The notes under the pieces were generated by a model that made no database searches, had not been told where the DNA came from, and saw only the letters and a program-made list of their open reading frames with translations. The translations under genes were made by a program, and so were the position numbers. From the IMG/VR virus record IMGVR_UViG_3300043418_000072, positions 248,001 through 312,000 of that record: DNA of 64,000 nucleotides. One strand, given 5' to 3'. Each line of letters opens with the position of its first letter. Position 1 is the stretch's first letter. Positions 54,703-64,000 of this stretch are shown here, piece by piece.

Positions 54703-55462
54703 CTGTGTTTAGCGTCTCGTTAAGAAAAATTTTAACTCTGTCCCTTGATACGGCATTTGCATCTGCGTTATACCCATAGGCACATTGTGTTCCCTTCCAG
54801 CACACTGCACTTCCGCTACCATAGCTGTCAAATGCGTGGTGTGTATTTTCGTAATAATTGTACTTAGCATCTTTAAAGTTTTCAGACTGGGCTAATGCTT
54901 TGCAGCGATCTGCCGCTGCCCATTCGTCGCTAAGACCTATATGTATTTGCAGCGGTATTGCTAGTTTGCGTTCAGCAATCGGTTCTCTACAGGTCGGATA
55001 GTAGGCCACTGCACTTGCAAATACGCCCGAATCGTCTGATGCAATCAGCAACGAAGTTATGCCACCTAAGGAAAACCCGATCACCGACACCTTCCCGTTG
55101 CTCCACGGTTGCTGTTTAACCCACTTGCCAACTGCTATTGCATCTTGTACTGTATTGTAGGAATATGACGAGTTACCCTTAATTGAGCATATATTCGACA
55201 GTCCGCGGGTGCTAAATGAGTCAATCACTATTGCATTGTACCCTGCATCGTCAATGTATCGTGCCCAGTCATGATAGTGCATGTTTCGCGGGCCGTTGCA
55301 TCCATTCAGTAGGAGCACTGTGCCCCGTTTGGCTTTTTCGTTGACTCGCAGAGACAGGCTAGCTTCGTAGTCGGTGTTATCAACCTGCACTGATACCGCA
55401 TTGCAATAAGTTGCAAATAAGGCTAGCGAAAGTAATACTAAAGTTTTACGCATTTTGATCAT
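54689..55462 (-). CDS. Secreted dienelactone-hydrolase-family alpha/beta hydrolase
   Basis: Signal peptide, GFSLGG, G..DEW, HAFD. Confidence 0.85.
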   Translation of the reverse strand: MIKMRKTLVLLSLALFATYCNAVSVQVDNTDYEASLSLRVNEKAKRGTVLLLNGCNGPRNMHYHDWARYIDDAGYNAIVIDSFSTRGLSNICSIKGNSSYSYNTVQDAIAVGKWVKQQPWSNGKVSVIGFSLGGITSLLIASDDSGVFASAVAYYPTCREPIAERKLAIPLQIHIGLSDEWAAADRCKALAQSENFKDAKYNYYENTHHAFDSYGSGSAVCWKGTQCAYGYNADANAVSRDRVKIFLNETLNTVDTQ

Positions 55463-55468
55463 CCATTA

Positions 55469-55507
55469 AAAAACGGTACACTGCATTTTAGCACAGGTAC
55501 CGTTTTT
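55469..55507. terminator. Putative bidirectional terminator
   Basis: AAAAACGGTAC...GTACCGTTTTT. Confidence 0.45.
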
Positions 55508-55536
55508 GGGTTAGCTAATGTTGTTTTATCGTAACA

Positions 55537-56667
55537 TCATCGTTTGGCTCTCATCCCAGTGTCGGCACTAGCTGGCGCAGATCTCTTACCAGGAGGGGTT
55601 ATCTTAGTGTGTCCGCCAACAATAGACTTTGGTGCAGCAACAGGTGCAGCCGGTGCAGCATCTGCTGCGCCCATATCATATCCAGCATCGCCTAGTAGTA
55701 ATGTTACTTTTGGCATACCTTCGCTCTCGGGACCATAGATGTACGGCATATCGCTCTTGATCTTGCCAATCATTGAGTCGTAATCTTCGAAGTATTGAGC
55801 AGACTCAGTCTTTACATCCATTAGCAACATTCCGTCAAACTTACTATACTCTTTGTAGTTATCAAAACCAACTGCTAGGATAGCTTCACGGATGTCGGCG
55901 GCTGCTCCACCTTCAAGGGCTTGCTGGTAACGAGAGTTATCAACCGCATTAAACAGTCCATCGGCCATTACTTTAGTAACTGCATTAAGCTGTGTTGGCT
56001 CAATAACTGGGCGGATCTTGTTTACCCAGTAGTCTGGGTTGATACGCTCGGGCAATGCTTCAATTTGACCATTTGGTCCCGGAACCATTGCTCCTTGAAT
56101 TGCCTTAAGAATGCCTTGCATGTTCATGTTAGCTTTGCGAGTGTTGATCCAACGGCCGCCGCTGCTAATGCTGGTTTTAACTTCAACTGCTTTGTTGCCA
56201 ACTTGGATGTCACCACCGCCAACTGCACGTCCACTCCAGGAAATGTCTGGGCTCATTACTGCAAGAGCAACTTCGCCGGGGCCCACGCCTTGTGATGTTA
56301 GAGTTTTGGATAGCACAATAAACAACTCTTTTGCAAAGTCGTCGCCCCTAATCAAGTCGTCAAACGAATGAGCATTGCCATCCATTAACTTTCCAGTATC
56401 AATGATACCTTGCTTGTATTGTTTAAGGAACGCATCCTTACTCTCCACTGGAGCATCAATATGCACAATCACTTGTGCAATTTGTTTAATGAAGCGTGAT
56501 GCATCAGCATCCTTGGATAGAACGCTGGTGATACGTTCCTCAATGTTGCCGGCTTTTAGGGTGTTAAGTACTTTCTGCAATACTGCTGCATCGTCCGTGG
56601 ATTTTACCACGTCAATGACTTGCTTCTTTAATGCAGGGTCTTCAAAGATGTTAATTAAATTTCGCAT
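55537..56667 (-). CDS. Hypothetical protein with PD-(D/E)xK-like motif
   Basis: GPGE...GDIQVGNKAVEVK; N-terminal MRNLINIFE. Confidence 0.6.
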   Translation of the reverse strand: MRNLINIFEDPALKKQVIDVVKSTDDAAVLQKVLNTLKAGNIEERITSVLSKDADASRFIKQIAQVIVHIDAPVESKDAFLKQYKQGIIDTGKLMDGNAHSFDDLIRGDDFAKELFIVLSKTLTSQGVGPGEVALAVMSPDISWSGRAVGGGDIQVGNKAVEVKTSISSGGRWINTRKANMNMQGILKAIQGAMVPGPNGQIEALPERINPDYWVNKIRPVIEPTQLNAVTKVMADGLFNAVDNSRYQQALEGGAAADIREAILAVGFDNYKEYSKFDGMLLMDVKTESAQYFEDYDSMIGKIKSDMPYIYGPESEGMPKVTLLLGDAGYDMGAADAAPAAPVAAPKSIVGGHTKITPPGKRSAPASADTGMRAKR

Positions 56668-56674
56668 GAAGTAT

Positions 56675-57427
56675 TTATTCTTTTATACGGTAGAAATCTT
56701 TGTCTAGCCACGTTACTATTAAGTCTTCTTGCCTTACGTGCCCGTGCGCATTAAGGCTTGCAATAGTGCTGTCATTGACTAGATTCTGCTCCGCAAGGGT
56801 GTACCAAGTGGTGGTTTTGGCGTCTAAAGGATCGCTTGTTTTGTACACAGCCGCATATAGCCACGGATCGTTTGCTTCTTTGTAAAAGTAAGCATCTCTG
56901 CAATCAAATCCACTTACTGCTAGCATATACATGAGATTAACAAGAGTGTAGTTATAGTAGACTCCGTTATAACTATGAGATTGCGGCCGGTTGTATTGAC
57001 TAAAGGTGTTTTGTGGAATACTTAGAACCAACATTCCGTTTAGATTAATTTGCTGGTTCCAATACCGTAGCGTCTGTATTGGGCTAAGGCAGTATTGGAA
57101 ACTGTCGTGTGCCCACAATAGGTCACAAGCTCTAGGAATAACATGGTCGTGCTCAAAGTTTGCTTCTATAGTTTTTACATTGTGCAGATTACGTACACGT
57201 TGATCCACTTGCGATATAGTTTGATCAACTGCATATACAATAAGATTGCGTGGCTCAGGCGGGTCATCACGTGTTTGTAATGCTGCCCACCACGCTGCAT
57301 CTAATCCTGCGCCACACCCAAAGTCTGCAACTACAGTTAAGCTATCTAGAAAACTATCGTATTCGTATAGTAAATCTAAAACTCGTCTGCTATGCTCGTG
57401 ACTTGCTTGGGCGTTTTTAAATGCCAT
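56675..57427 (-). CDS. Class I SAM-dependent methyltransferase
   Basis: VADFGCGAG; start MAFKNA. Confidence 0.75.
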   Translation of the reverse strand: MAFKNAQASHEHSRRVLDLLYEYDSFLDSLTVVADFGCGAGLDAAWWAALQTRDDPPEPRNLIVYAVDQTISQVDQRVRNLHNVKTIEANFEHDHVIPRACDLLWAHDSFQYCLSPIQTLRYWNQQINLNGMLVLSIPQNTFSQYNRPQSHSYNGVYYNYTLVNLMYMLAVSGFDCRDAYFYKEANDPWLYAAVYKTSDPLDAKTTTWYTLAEQNLVNDSTIASLNAHGHVRQEDLIVTWLDKDFYRIKE

Positions 57428-57882
57428 TATTGAATTACAATATCTTCCATGCCCGCTGTGCGTAAACGAACAACGTGTCCCATCATGAAGTTTTTGCTTT
57501 CCAGACCCTTCATCACACCAAGCCACTTATTTCTTAATAGTGCAACTTCGTTAATGATGGTTTCCGTATCAACTACTTCATCTTCTGCTTCTGCGTACTT
57601 CTCAGCATCACGACTTGTTAGGGCACGGTTATACCCTTCAAGGTATTTCTTGTAATGCTTTTGACGAATCTTGCGTAACTGAATGTTAAGGAAGTTTAAG
57701 ATAGCTTCAATCTCTTGCAGTTGGTTGAATCTATACTCTGTTACGCCCGGTAAGTTGCTGATGCTTTTCTCAACGTTTCCGCGGATAGCAATCTCCCCAC
57801 GTGCATTGATCAACTCTTTTTCAAAGTATTCGATGCAATCGGGAATTTTACTTAGGTCGCTAACAACACGGTTATACCACAT
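57427..57882 (-). CDS. uvsY: UvsY-like recombination mediator
   Basis: All-helical, KY.E.Y...DAEKY.EAEDE..., near uvsX. Confidence 0.7.
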   Translation of the reverse strand: MWYNRVVSDLSKIPDCIEYFEKELINARGEIAIRGNVEKSISNLPGVTEYRFNQLQEIEAILNFLNIQLRKIRQKHYKKYLEGYNRALTSRDAEKYAEAEDEVVDTETIINEVALLRNKWLGVMKGLESKNFMMGHVVRLRTAGMEDIVIQ

Positions 57883-57884
57883 AA

Positions 57885-58121
57885 TTAATCTTCGTACCCA
57901 GAATCAATGTCGTCTTCGTCGTCCTCAAACCCTGCTGCATATTCTTTATATGCACGGCCGAGTGCTGCATCTGTGCCGCTAAACTCTTTCAGCGAAACGT
58001 CGTCGAGTGCGTCAACTAGCAACCCCATAAGATTATCTGCTGCTTCCTGGCGATCCTTAACAGGAATGTACTGTTTTAAAATTGTGTACACTTCACTTAG
58101 TACATCTGCTTCAATGCTCAT
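57885..58121 (-). CDS. Small acidic hypothetical protein
   Basis: 78 aa with acidic tail. Confidence 0.65.
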   Translation of the reverse strand: MSIEADVLSEVYTILKQYIPVKDRQEAADNLMGLLVDALDDVSLKEFSGTDAALGRAYKEYAAGFEDDEDDIDSGYED

Positions 58122-59049
58122 TTGATTTCCTTAATTTTGTTAACGGTATTAGTTTACGATCCATCTTTAGTCCGGCACATGCAAAAACACATAACGGTCT
58201 AGGCTGGGTATTTATTTCACTAGCGATATCCAGTTGTTCTGTTTCTTCAATGGTGTCAAATCCAATAGGATCAAACCTATCATCAAAAGGATCAAAGTGG
58301 CAGCACAAAGTGTACTTTCCGCTAGCTGTTATATATAGCCCAGGAGCCTCAAGGTGGGCACAATTCTTTGTACTTAGCTTTTGCTCATGGTTCACTCTGA
58401 AGTTAAAGGTTTGATCTTTTGTCCAAGGCTCAAGAATAAACTCTTCGCCTGTACGGTAGTTTCGTGCCGTTTCAACATTGCGCACTCCTTCAACTAATTC
58501 AAAGTCTGCAAATTTTAACTGATTCGCTAGCTTAATGCAAGCATTAAGTTGGTGCTCGTTGTGCTTGAATGGAATAAATTGCCAAACTGCTTTGCCGCCT
58601 GCGTTGATAAATGCTGTTGCGTTTTCAATTACTTTGTTAAAGTCAGTGCCCTGTCTATATATCTCGTGGACTCCTGCTAGGCCATCAATCCCAAACCAGA
58701 CTCTATGATCTGTATTGCTTAACTTGCGGCCGATTTCCGCCCACCAGTCTGCATTTCGCACACTTCCATTTGTGTGGATCGTAATCTGTTTCACTCGCGG
58801 GATAGTCCAGTCAAGGATTTCACTCAAGTCTGGGTGAATAGCCGGATCTCCGTAGCGACCGCAGAACTGTACTTTGGTCAAACCAGGCAATGCGTCAATT
58901 GCAGTGCGTAGCTTGTCAACTACTAGATTCTGCGGTACCAGGCCGTCTTTGAGGCCAAATCCATTTTTATTTCGAGCACAACTAGGACACCAAGCATTAC
59001 ATTTTGAGCTTAGTTCGACATGTAAGCTCTTGATGTCCTTTAGTAGCAT
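58111..59049 (-). CDS. Radical SAM enzyme
   Basis: CNAWCPSC, GDP, HTNG, C-terminal Cys cluster. Confidence 0.9.
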   Translation of the reverse strand: MLLKDIKSLHVELSSKCNAWCPSCARNKNGFGLKDGLVPQNLVVDKLRTAIDALPGLTKVQFCGRYGDPAIHPDLSEILDWTIPRVKQITIHTNGSVRNADWWAEIGRKLSNTDHRVWFGIDGLAGVHEIYRQGTDFNKVIENATAFINAGGKAVWQFIPFKHNEHQLNACIKLANQLKFADFELVEGVRNVETARNYRTGEEFILEPWTKDQTFNFRVNHEQKLSTKNCAHLEAPGLYITASGKYTLCCHFDPFDDRFDPIGFDTIEETEQLDIASEINTQPRPLCVFACAGLKMDRKLIPLTKLRKSNEH

Positions 59050-60128
59050 TACTCTACTGCTTCTTCAATAACAGGAGCGTCTTCTGCAACACTCTTGTCA
59101 AAGATGTGTGGATTGTTTGTAATGTCTGACATTACGGTATCCAAGCATCCATCATCGTTGCGTTCCCATGCCTTGCGGAATTTCTTGATGATTTCACCGT
59201 CGACTGTTGTGTACACAAGACTGTTGCCTTCTTTCTTCAACATGCCCTTAGCTTCAATCAAGTCAGTTAACCCGCTGTAAGGGTTCATACCTGTTTCGTA
59301 CGGGATCTTAACTTGCACTGACTCAAACGGCTTTGCGTAACGTGTCTTCATGATCTTACATGCAGCACGGATACCCTTAACTTCAGATACCTTGTTACCA
59401 TCTTCGTCTTCCTTCAACTTCAACTTGCGCATAGCAACTACGATAGAGCTAGCATAGATAAAGCCTTGACCGCCGGAGATCTTGTCGTCCGGGTCAAACA
59501 TGTCTTGCGATGCGTATGTGTGGTTAGTTGCAACTAGACCCAAGTTCAAGTCACCAAACATGTTTACACAGTTACGAACCAATGCAGTCAATGCCTTTGG
59601 CTTACGACCCATGTCACCCTTCATGTCACCTGCGTTAAACTGGTTAACGTCTGTTGGTGTTAGCAACATCCCCAAGCTGTCCAATACAAACAAGACTTTA
59701 GGGCGTTGGTCTTCTGGCATGGTTTTGTATTCCTTAACGAACTCACTAATCATTTTAGCGACGTCGTCGATCATGGCCATGTTCAGCTTTAGCAGCTTGT
59801 CTTCACTTGTGTCTACGTTTAGTGCGTGTAGCCACTTTTCATCAAGAGCGTTTTCAGTATCAATTAAGATAGGGAAAATGCCTTGCTTTTGTGCGTTAGC
59901 AACTAAGTTGCCACTACAGATAAAACTTTTGCCTGCGCCGGACTCACCAGCAAACACTGTAACCTTGCCCATTGGGATACCTTTTGTGAAGTCCCCGCTG
60001 ATCAAGTAGTTAAGTGCGAAATTGTTTGTTGATACCCAATCGGTTGGGTCGTTGAAGCCTACACTTAGGCCTTCGATGCTTTTCGTAAGAGTCTTACGAA
60101 ATTTACTTACGTCAAATGGTTTTGCCAT
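59049..60128 (-). CDS. uvsX: UvsX/RecA-like recombinase
   Basis: GESGAGKS, DTENA, LDSLG, TNHTY, SGGQG. Confidence 0.92.
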   Translation of the reverse strand: MAKPFDVSKFRKTLTKSIEGLSVGFNDPTDWVSTNNFALNYLISGDFTKGIPMGKVTVFAGESGAGKSFICSGNLVANAQKQGIFPILIDTENALDEKWLHALNVDTSEDKLLKLNMAMIDDVAKMISEFVKEYKTMPEDQRPKVLFVLDSLGMLLTPTDVNQFNAGDMKGDMGRKPKALTALVRNCVNMFGDLNLGLVATNHTYASQDMFDPDDKISGGQGFIYASSIVVAMRKLKLKEDEDGNKVSEVKGIRAACKIMKTRYAKPFESVQVKIPYETGMNPYSGLTDLIEAKGMLKKEGNSLVYTTVDGEIIKKFRKAWERNDDGCLDTVMSDITNNPHIFDKSVAEDAPVIEEAVE

Positions 60129-60148
60129 ATTATTGTTCCTTGAAAAAT

Positions 60149-60183
60149 AAAGGAGAGCTAGAGCAATGTCTAGTCTCTCCCTT
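60149..60183 (-). terminator. Hairpin between SSB and uvsX
   Basis: AAGGAG/CTCCTT and CTAGA/TCTAG stems followed by TATTTTT. Confidence 0.5.
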
Positions 60184-60190
60184 GAGCAGA

Positions 60191-61204
60191 TTACTGCTTA
60201 CGGTTGCGAATCATCGCAAGGATGTCTTCAGCTTTTTGGCTGCTTGGCTTAGCTGCTGCTGGTGCAACAACTGGAGCCGATGCTGCTTCTGCTGCGTCGT
60301 CTTCCCATGCTGGTGTCTCATTAACCACCGGAGCTGCAACAGGAGCTGCAACTGCTGGGCGAGCTTGTGGTACAGGTTTAGCTGCCACCTCATCACCAGT
60401 GGAACCAGAACCAACTTGCAAGCCAGCTGGCTTGAAGTAGTTAGCCCAACGATCTGCATCGTACGGTTGACCATCAACAGATGCTTCAAACATTTCTTTC
60501 ATGACTTGCAACGCTGTAGCGTCAGGACGCTTTGGCAAGAAGTCTGCCAAGTTGTACAAGCCGTGAGTCTCAATGGCTTCAGCTTCTGTGGAGTTCAATG
60601 AACTCTCTTTACGTGCCCATGTGCTGCTGTTGTAGTCAGCATAACCACCCTTGCTGGTCTTCTTGATGTTGAAGTCAAGACCACCTGCGTAGTCAGTTGG
60701 CAAGTTTTCCATTTCTGGATCCATCAATGCGTTCTTTACCAAAGTAAAGATTTGTGGGCTGATGATGAATCGACGGATTGGGTTCTCAGGGGTTTTGTCA
60801 TCGCTCAGTGGGTTTTCACGAACGAAACCTTGGAACAAGTAGCTGCGCTTTTTCCAGTACTTGCGACCCATTTCTTCCATTGCTGGGTCTTTGAACCATG
60901 TACGTACTTCTGCTAAGATTGGGCAAGCATCGCCCCACATCTCAACGCAAGGTACTTGAACTACAACAGGCTTGCTGTCGCTTTGACCTTTAATGCCAGC
61001 GAATGGCAATTTGATCATAGCACGTTCAACCCAAAAGAATGAGTTTTTAGTGTCTGCGTCTGGGAGGAATCGAACACGGGATGTCGTGTTTTCTGGAATG
61101 TTCCAGTGTGCGTAAATGGCGTTGTCGCCTTGGGGACGATTACCGCCTGTGCGGTTCTCTTGTGATTGTAGTTTTGCGCGAATTTCTGCAAGTGTCATAG
61201 CCAT
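60191..61204 (-). CDS. T4 gp32-like single-stranded DNA-binding protein
   Basis: VRFLP, C...CPI, KKRSY, DF.IKKTSKGGYADY.SS, acidic C-terminal region. Confidence 0.88.
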   Translation of the reverse strand: MAMTLAEIRAKLQSQENRTGGNRPQGDNAIYAHWNIPENTTSRVRFLPDADTKNSFFWVERAMIKLPFAGIKGQSDSKPVVVQVPCVEMWGDACPILAEVRTWFKDPAMEEMGRKYWKKRSYLFQGFVRENPLSDDKTPENPIRRFIISPQIFTLVKNALMDPEMENLPTDYAGGLDFNIKKTSKGGYADYNSSTWARKESSLNSTEAEAIETHGLYNLADFLPKRPDATALQVMKEMFEASVDGQPYDADRWANYFKPAGLQVGSGSTGDEVAAKPVPQARPAVAAPVAAPVVNETPAWEDDAAEAASAPVVAPAAAKPSSQKAEDILAMIRNRKQ

Positions 61205-61305
61205 GATGTATTTCCTTTATATAAATTAAGATGGTCTTTTAATGTGCCTAATCGTATACAGCACAGTGTGTAGTATACGATAATGTATTTAGCTAAGTCA
61301 AAAGA

Positions 61306-61329
61306 AAAGGCACAAATTTCTGTGCCTTT
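61306..61329 (-). terminator. Intrinsic terminator
   Basis: AAAGGCACA/TGTGCCTTT plus U tract. Confidence 0.55.
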
Positions 61330-61349
61330 GGCTAAACAAGTTCGAACTG

Positions 61350-62798
61350 TTATCGAACTAGTCTTGCAAGACGTTTCATAACATCAAGTGGGTCATGGGA
61401 CTCATTTGTTGGTACTTCGTCTGTTGTGGTTGCTGCCATTGGTTGCGATCCTGCTACAGGGGCAGGTGCTGCTGGCGCTGTTCCGTCCATTGGGGCGGTG
61501 TTTTCTGGTGCAATCTCTGCTTGGATCTTGTCGGCCACGATGGTCATACCATTTGCTCTCATCCAATCCAAAATTGTTTGGCGAGCATCTGTATCTGGTC
61601 CCGAGGTACGACCTAAGTCAGTTAACTTCTCTTCCAAACTCTCTTCACCGAAAATATGGGCAATAGCTTGTGCTGCATCTAGTCCGTCCATGCCAGCATT
61701 AATTGGTTTGCTCATCACTCTAGACAGTGCTTCGTACTCTTCGTCGTCGGACTCAAATGTATCTTCGGTGATGTCATTTGCCCACTGTTCAAATTCTTCG
61801 CCCATTGGTGTGTGCATACGCTTTTGTTGATCCTTGTAGGCTTTGTACACAAACGGCAATGCTTCGGTGAAACGATCATCGTAAACTTTTTTAACAAAGC
61901 GTTCGCGTAATGCGTCTACATCAATTTCTTCTTCAATGTTGTGTGCTGGATGATACGATTGCTTGTAGCTGTCGTAACCTCTGCGTCCGCCCAAGTGTTT
62001 TAGTTGATTCTTTAGTTCGCCGTAACGCTGCACCGCTGCTTGAGCCATGCTGCTGGTTTCAGTATCTTCAAACTGGCGACGTTTAGCTTCGCGAACAAAA
62101 TGGCTCATTGCGCCCATTTCTTTCACAATGCTAGTAATGCTTTCGCCTAACTCATCATCAACTGACCCACCTTGTGAGCAATGTTGTGCCATTGCACGGG
62201 CACCATGTAGATTTTTAAAGTCTAGCAATCTACGTTCACCAACGTGGTTTTCAATGAATACTGCTTCAATGTTACGGCTACGGCTTCCGCGTTTTTCTTC
62301 GTCTACATTGTTATTGTGACGAACAATAATGCGAGCAGGGCCCATTTCTTGATAGCTGCTGCGGCTAGTGCCCCACATCTTGCTTTCGTTCATTGTAACT
62401 TCATCATCGGTGTATGTGCTGTCCGATTTACTTTGTTGCTTTAGGTCACGTAGGTCTAAGTTGCTCTTGGTAATGTCACGAACGTCAAAGCTCAATAGGT
62501 TAGCTTTGGCAAATCGACGGATACCTTTAAGGAAGTTAAACCAATTATCTTGTTCTTCACCCTCAAGTGCATCAGTAATGTGCTTGCTGAAATAGATCTT
62601 TAAACCTGTTTCGTCAATGATACTGATTGTGATGTTACCGTAGTTCTTACCAGCTGAATCAACGTAATCAAAGTTAATGAAACGTGCTTGTGCCGGATCT
62701 TCAGTGTGTTTGGCGTTTTCGTCGCCCAAGTTCACGTTCTCAAAACGAGTACGGATCTTGTTAAATAAATTCTCTGCAATCTTGTCTAATTCGCGCAT
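61350..62798 (-). CDS. Hypothetical protein, probably virion/head-associated
   Basis: 482 aa after the terminase, own TAAATA motif, ends MKRLARL. Confidence 0.65.
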   Translation of the reverse strand: MRELDKIAENLFNKIRTRFENVNLGDENAKHTEDPAQARFINFDYVDSAGKNYGNITISIIDETGLKIYFSKHITDALEGEEQDNWFNFLKGIRRFAKANLLSFDVRDITKSNLDLRDLKQQSKSDSTYTDDEVTMNESKMWGTSRSSYQEMGPARIIVRHNNNVDEEKRGSRSRNIEAVFIENHVGERRLLDFKNLHGARAMAQHCSQGGSVDDELGESITSIVKEMGAMSHFVREAKRRQFEDTETSSMAQAAVQRYGELKNQLKHLGGRRGYDSYKQSYHPAHNIEEEIDVDALRERFVKKVYDDRFTEALPFVYKAYKDQQKRMHTPMGEEFEQWANDITEDTFESDDEEYEALSRVMSKPINAGMDGLDAAQAIAHIFGEESLEEKLTDLGRTSGPDTDARQTILDWMRANGMTIVADKIQAEIAPENTAPMDGTAPAAPAPVAGSQPMAATTTDEVPTNESHDPLDVMKRLARLVR

Positions 62799-62821
62799 AG
62801 TTAAACCTGTTATTTGTATAT

Positions 62822-64000
62822 TTAGCCCATAGACATAATGAAGGGCATAGGTTGTATGTACTCATCCATGTCCTTAACATGATCATCTAACTGTGCATCA
62901 AAGCTCTGTAGTGCTTGTACCATTCTAACTGCTAGCAGCATAGCCATTACCAAGTCGTCTGTTTCACCAATTTTGGCTTTAAAACTGTTTTCCATTGCCA
63001 CAAAAGTTTTGAGCTCACCAATTAAATTGCGTGATGCAATAAACAGCTTCTTCTGCTCAACCAAACTCTTAAACTTAGCACACACTGCAATCTTGCTCTT
63101 GCTTGTGGTAGTAAAGCCCTTACGTGATCTACGGCCGCCACCGCTCTTGTACGGCTCAGACAAGAATAGTCCACGGATATTTTCTTCGCCCACTTCTGCA
63201 ATAGCAACTAATGCTGCTTCGCCTAATGTATTGTTTTCAACACTGTAGTAAATAGAGTTTTCAGTTCCTGTTACTTCGTATAGATAATTGCAAATCTCTT
63301 TGAGGATAACAACTTGGCGCTGAACAGGGGTTTTGTTGTGCTGCCATTCCCCTACTTGTTTAAGTGTGGGTAGCTCCAAAATTTGGATAGCAGCAGGGTC
63401 TCCACCTGTGCCTAAACTTGGATCAAGCGCAACCACGTAAGTCTTATCGCGTTGTGGCTTTGCATACCACCGCACCTGCCCTTGTCTCTCAATTGGATCA
63501 ATGCTTGCCATTTCGATTAGAGTGGTAGCGTTGATTAAGGTTTCGTCATAGATCAAGAACTCGCAACCGTGTTCACGACGGAAACGTTCTTCACCAATGC
63601 GTCCAATTTCCTCTGCTTTCCATTGTTCGTCACGATCTGGATGTTCCCACCAGTTAGCTTGGTAAGCACGGAAACCGTTTGTGCCCAATGCTGTTTCATT
63701 CCCAAACTCGTCGATGCACTTGTTAGCGCCTTTCCAGAGTAGTGCAAACTGGTCTTCGTCACTGTTCGGAGTTGATGTAATAATTGCTTTACCACCAGTG
63801 CTTAACGTAGGAGAAATAGAAGTCCAAAACTCTTTAGCAATACCCGGTCTAACGAATGCAAATTCGTCAGCGTATAGTAGGGAAATAGACATACCACGCC
63901 CAGTTGTTTCTGTTGTGGTTTGTGATACTAGTCGTGAGCCGTTTTCAAAGTCAATTGATCCTTTGTTGTAACTGGTTGCACCTGCTCTAATAAAGTCTGG
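62822..64000 (-). CDS. Terminase large subunit (T4 gp17-like), partial
   Basis: GRG, LLYADEFAF, TSTPN, DPSLGTGGD, DDLVMA; frame open to the window edge. Confidence 0.92.
   Translation of the reverse strand, partial: PDFIRAGATSYNKGSIDFENGSRLVSQTTTETTGRGMSISLLYADEFAFVRPGIAKEFWTSISPTLSTGGKAIITSTPNSDEDQFALLWKGANKCIDEFGNETALGTNGFRAYQANWWEHPDRDEQWKAEEIGRIGEERFRREHGCEFLIYDETLINATTLIEMASIDPIERQGQVRWYAKPQRDKTYVVALDPSLGTGGDPAAIQILELPTLKQVGEWQHNKTPVQRQVVILKEICNYLYEVTGTENSIYYSVENNTLGEAALVAIAEVGEENIRGLFLSEPYKSGGGRRSRKGFTTTSKSKIAVCAKFKSLVEQKKLFIASRNLIGELKTFVAMENSFKAKIGETDDLVMAMLLAVRMVQALQSFDAQLDDHVKDMDEYIQPMPFIMSMG

Overview
The window is part of a large lytic dsDNA phage genome of the T4-related jumbo type, with almost everything on the minus strand. 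The omega-subunit homolog suggests a betaproteobacterial host (inference). Core genes: terminase large subunit (partial), gp32-like SSB, UvsX, UvsY, UvsW, gp62-like clamp-loader subunit, primase (partial), a minimal DnaE-like polymerase core and a tail-fibre-like protein. Accessory blocks: small early ORFs behind repeated sigma70-type promoters (13-24 kb), an NDP-sugar/glycosyltransferase cluster (24-31.4 kb) and radical-SAM/PP-loop enzymes (35-44.6 kb). The 32-54.7 kb region is a stable-RNA island with about 50 tRNAs covering all 20 amino acids, most anticodons in two divergent copies. It also holds a probable GOLLD RNA with an embedded tRNA and a dozen or more unexplained tRNA-like or stem-closed RNAs, one with tmRNA-like Ala ends. 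The strongest candidate for an undescribed system is a translation-stress-sensing module. It comprises (i) a leaderless 49-codon leader ORF using 19 of 20 amino acids, coupled to a terminator/antiterminator switch ahead of the divergent tRNA set; (ii) an RF1-like release factor with an in-frame UGA at a conserved Trp, alongside two tRNA-Trp genes carrying the Hirsh-suppressor U11-A24 pair; (iii) a MKRSGKR-UAG mini-ORF with hairpin ahead of three tRNA-Lys genes; and (iv) a phage RNA polymerase omega subunit plus boxA-like elements. All calls were made by eye with no database search; coordinates are hand-counted and may be off by a few bases.
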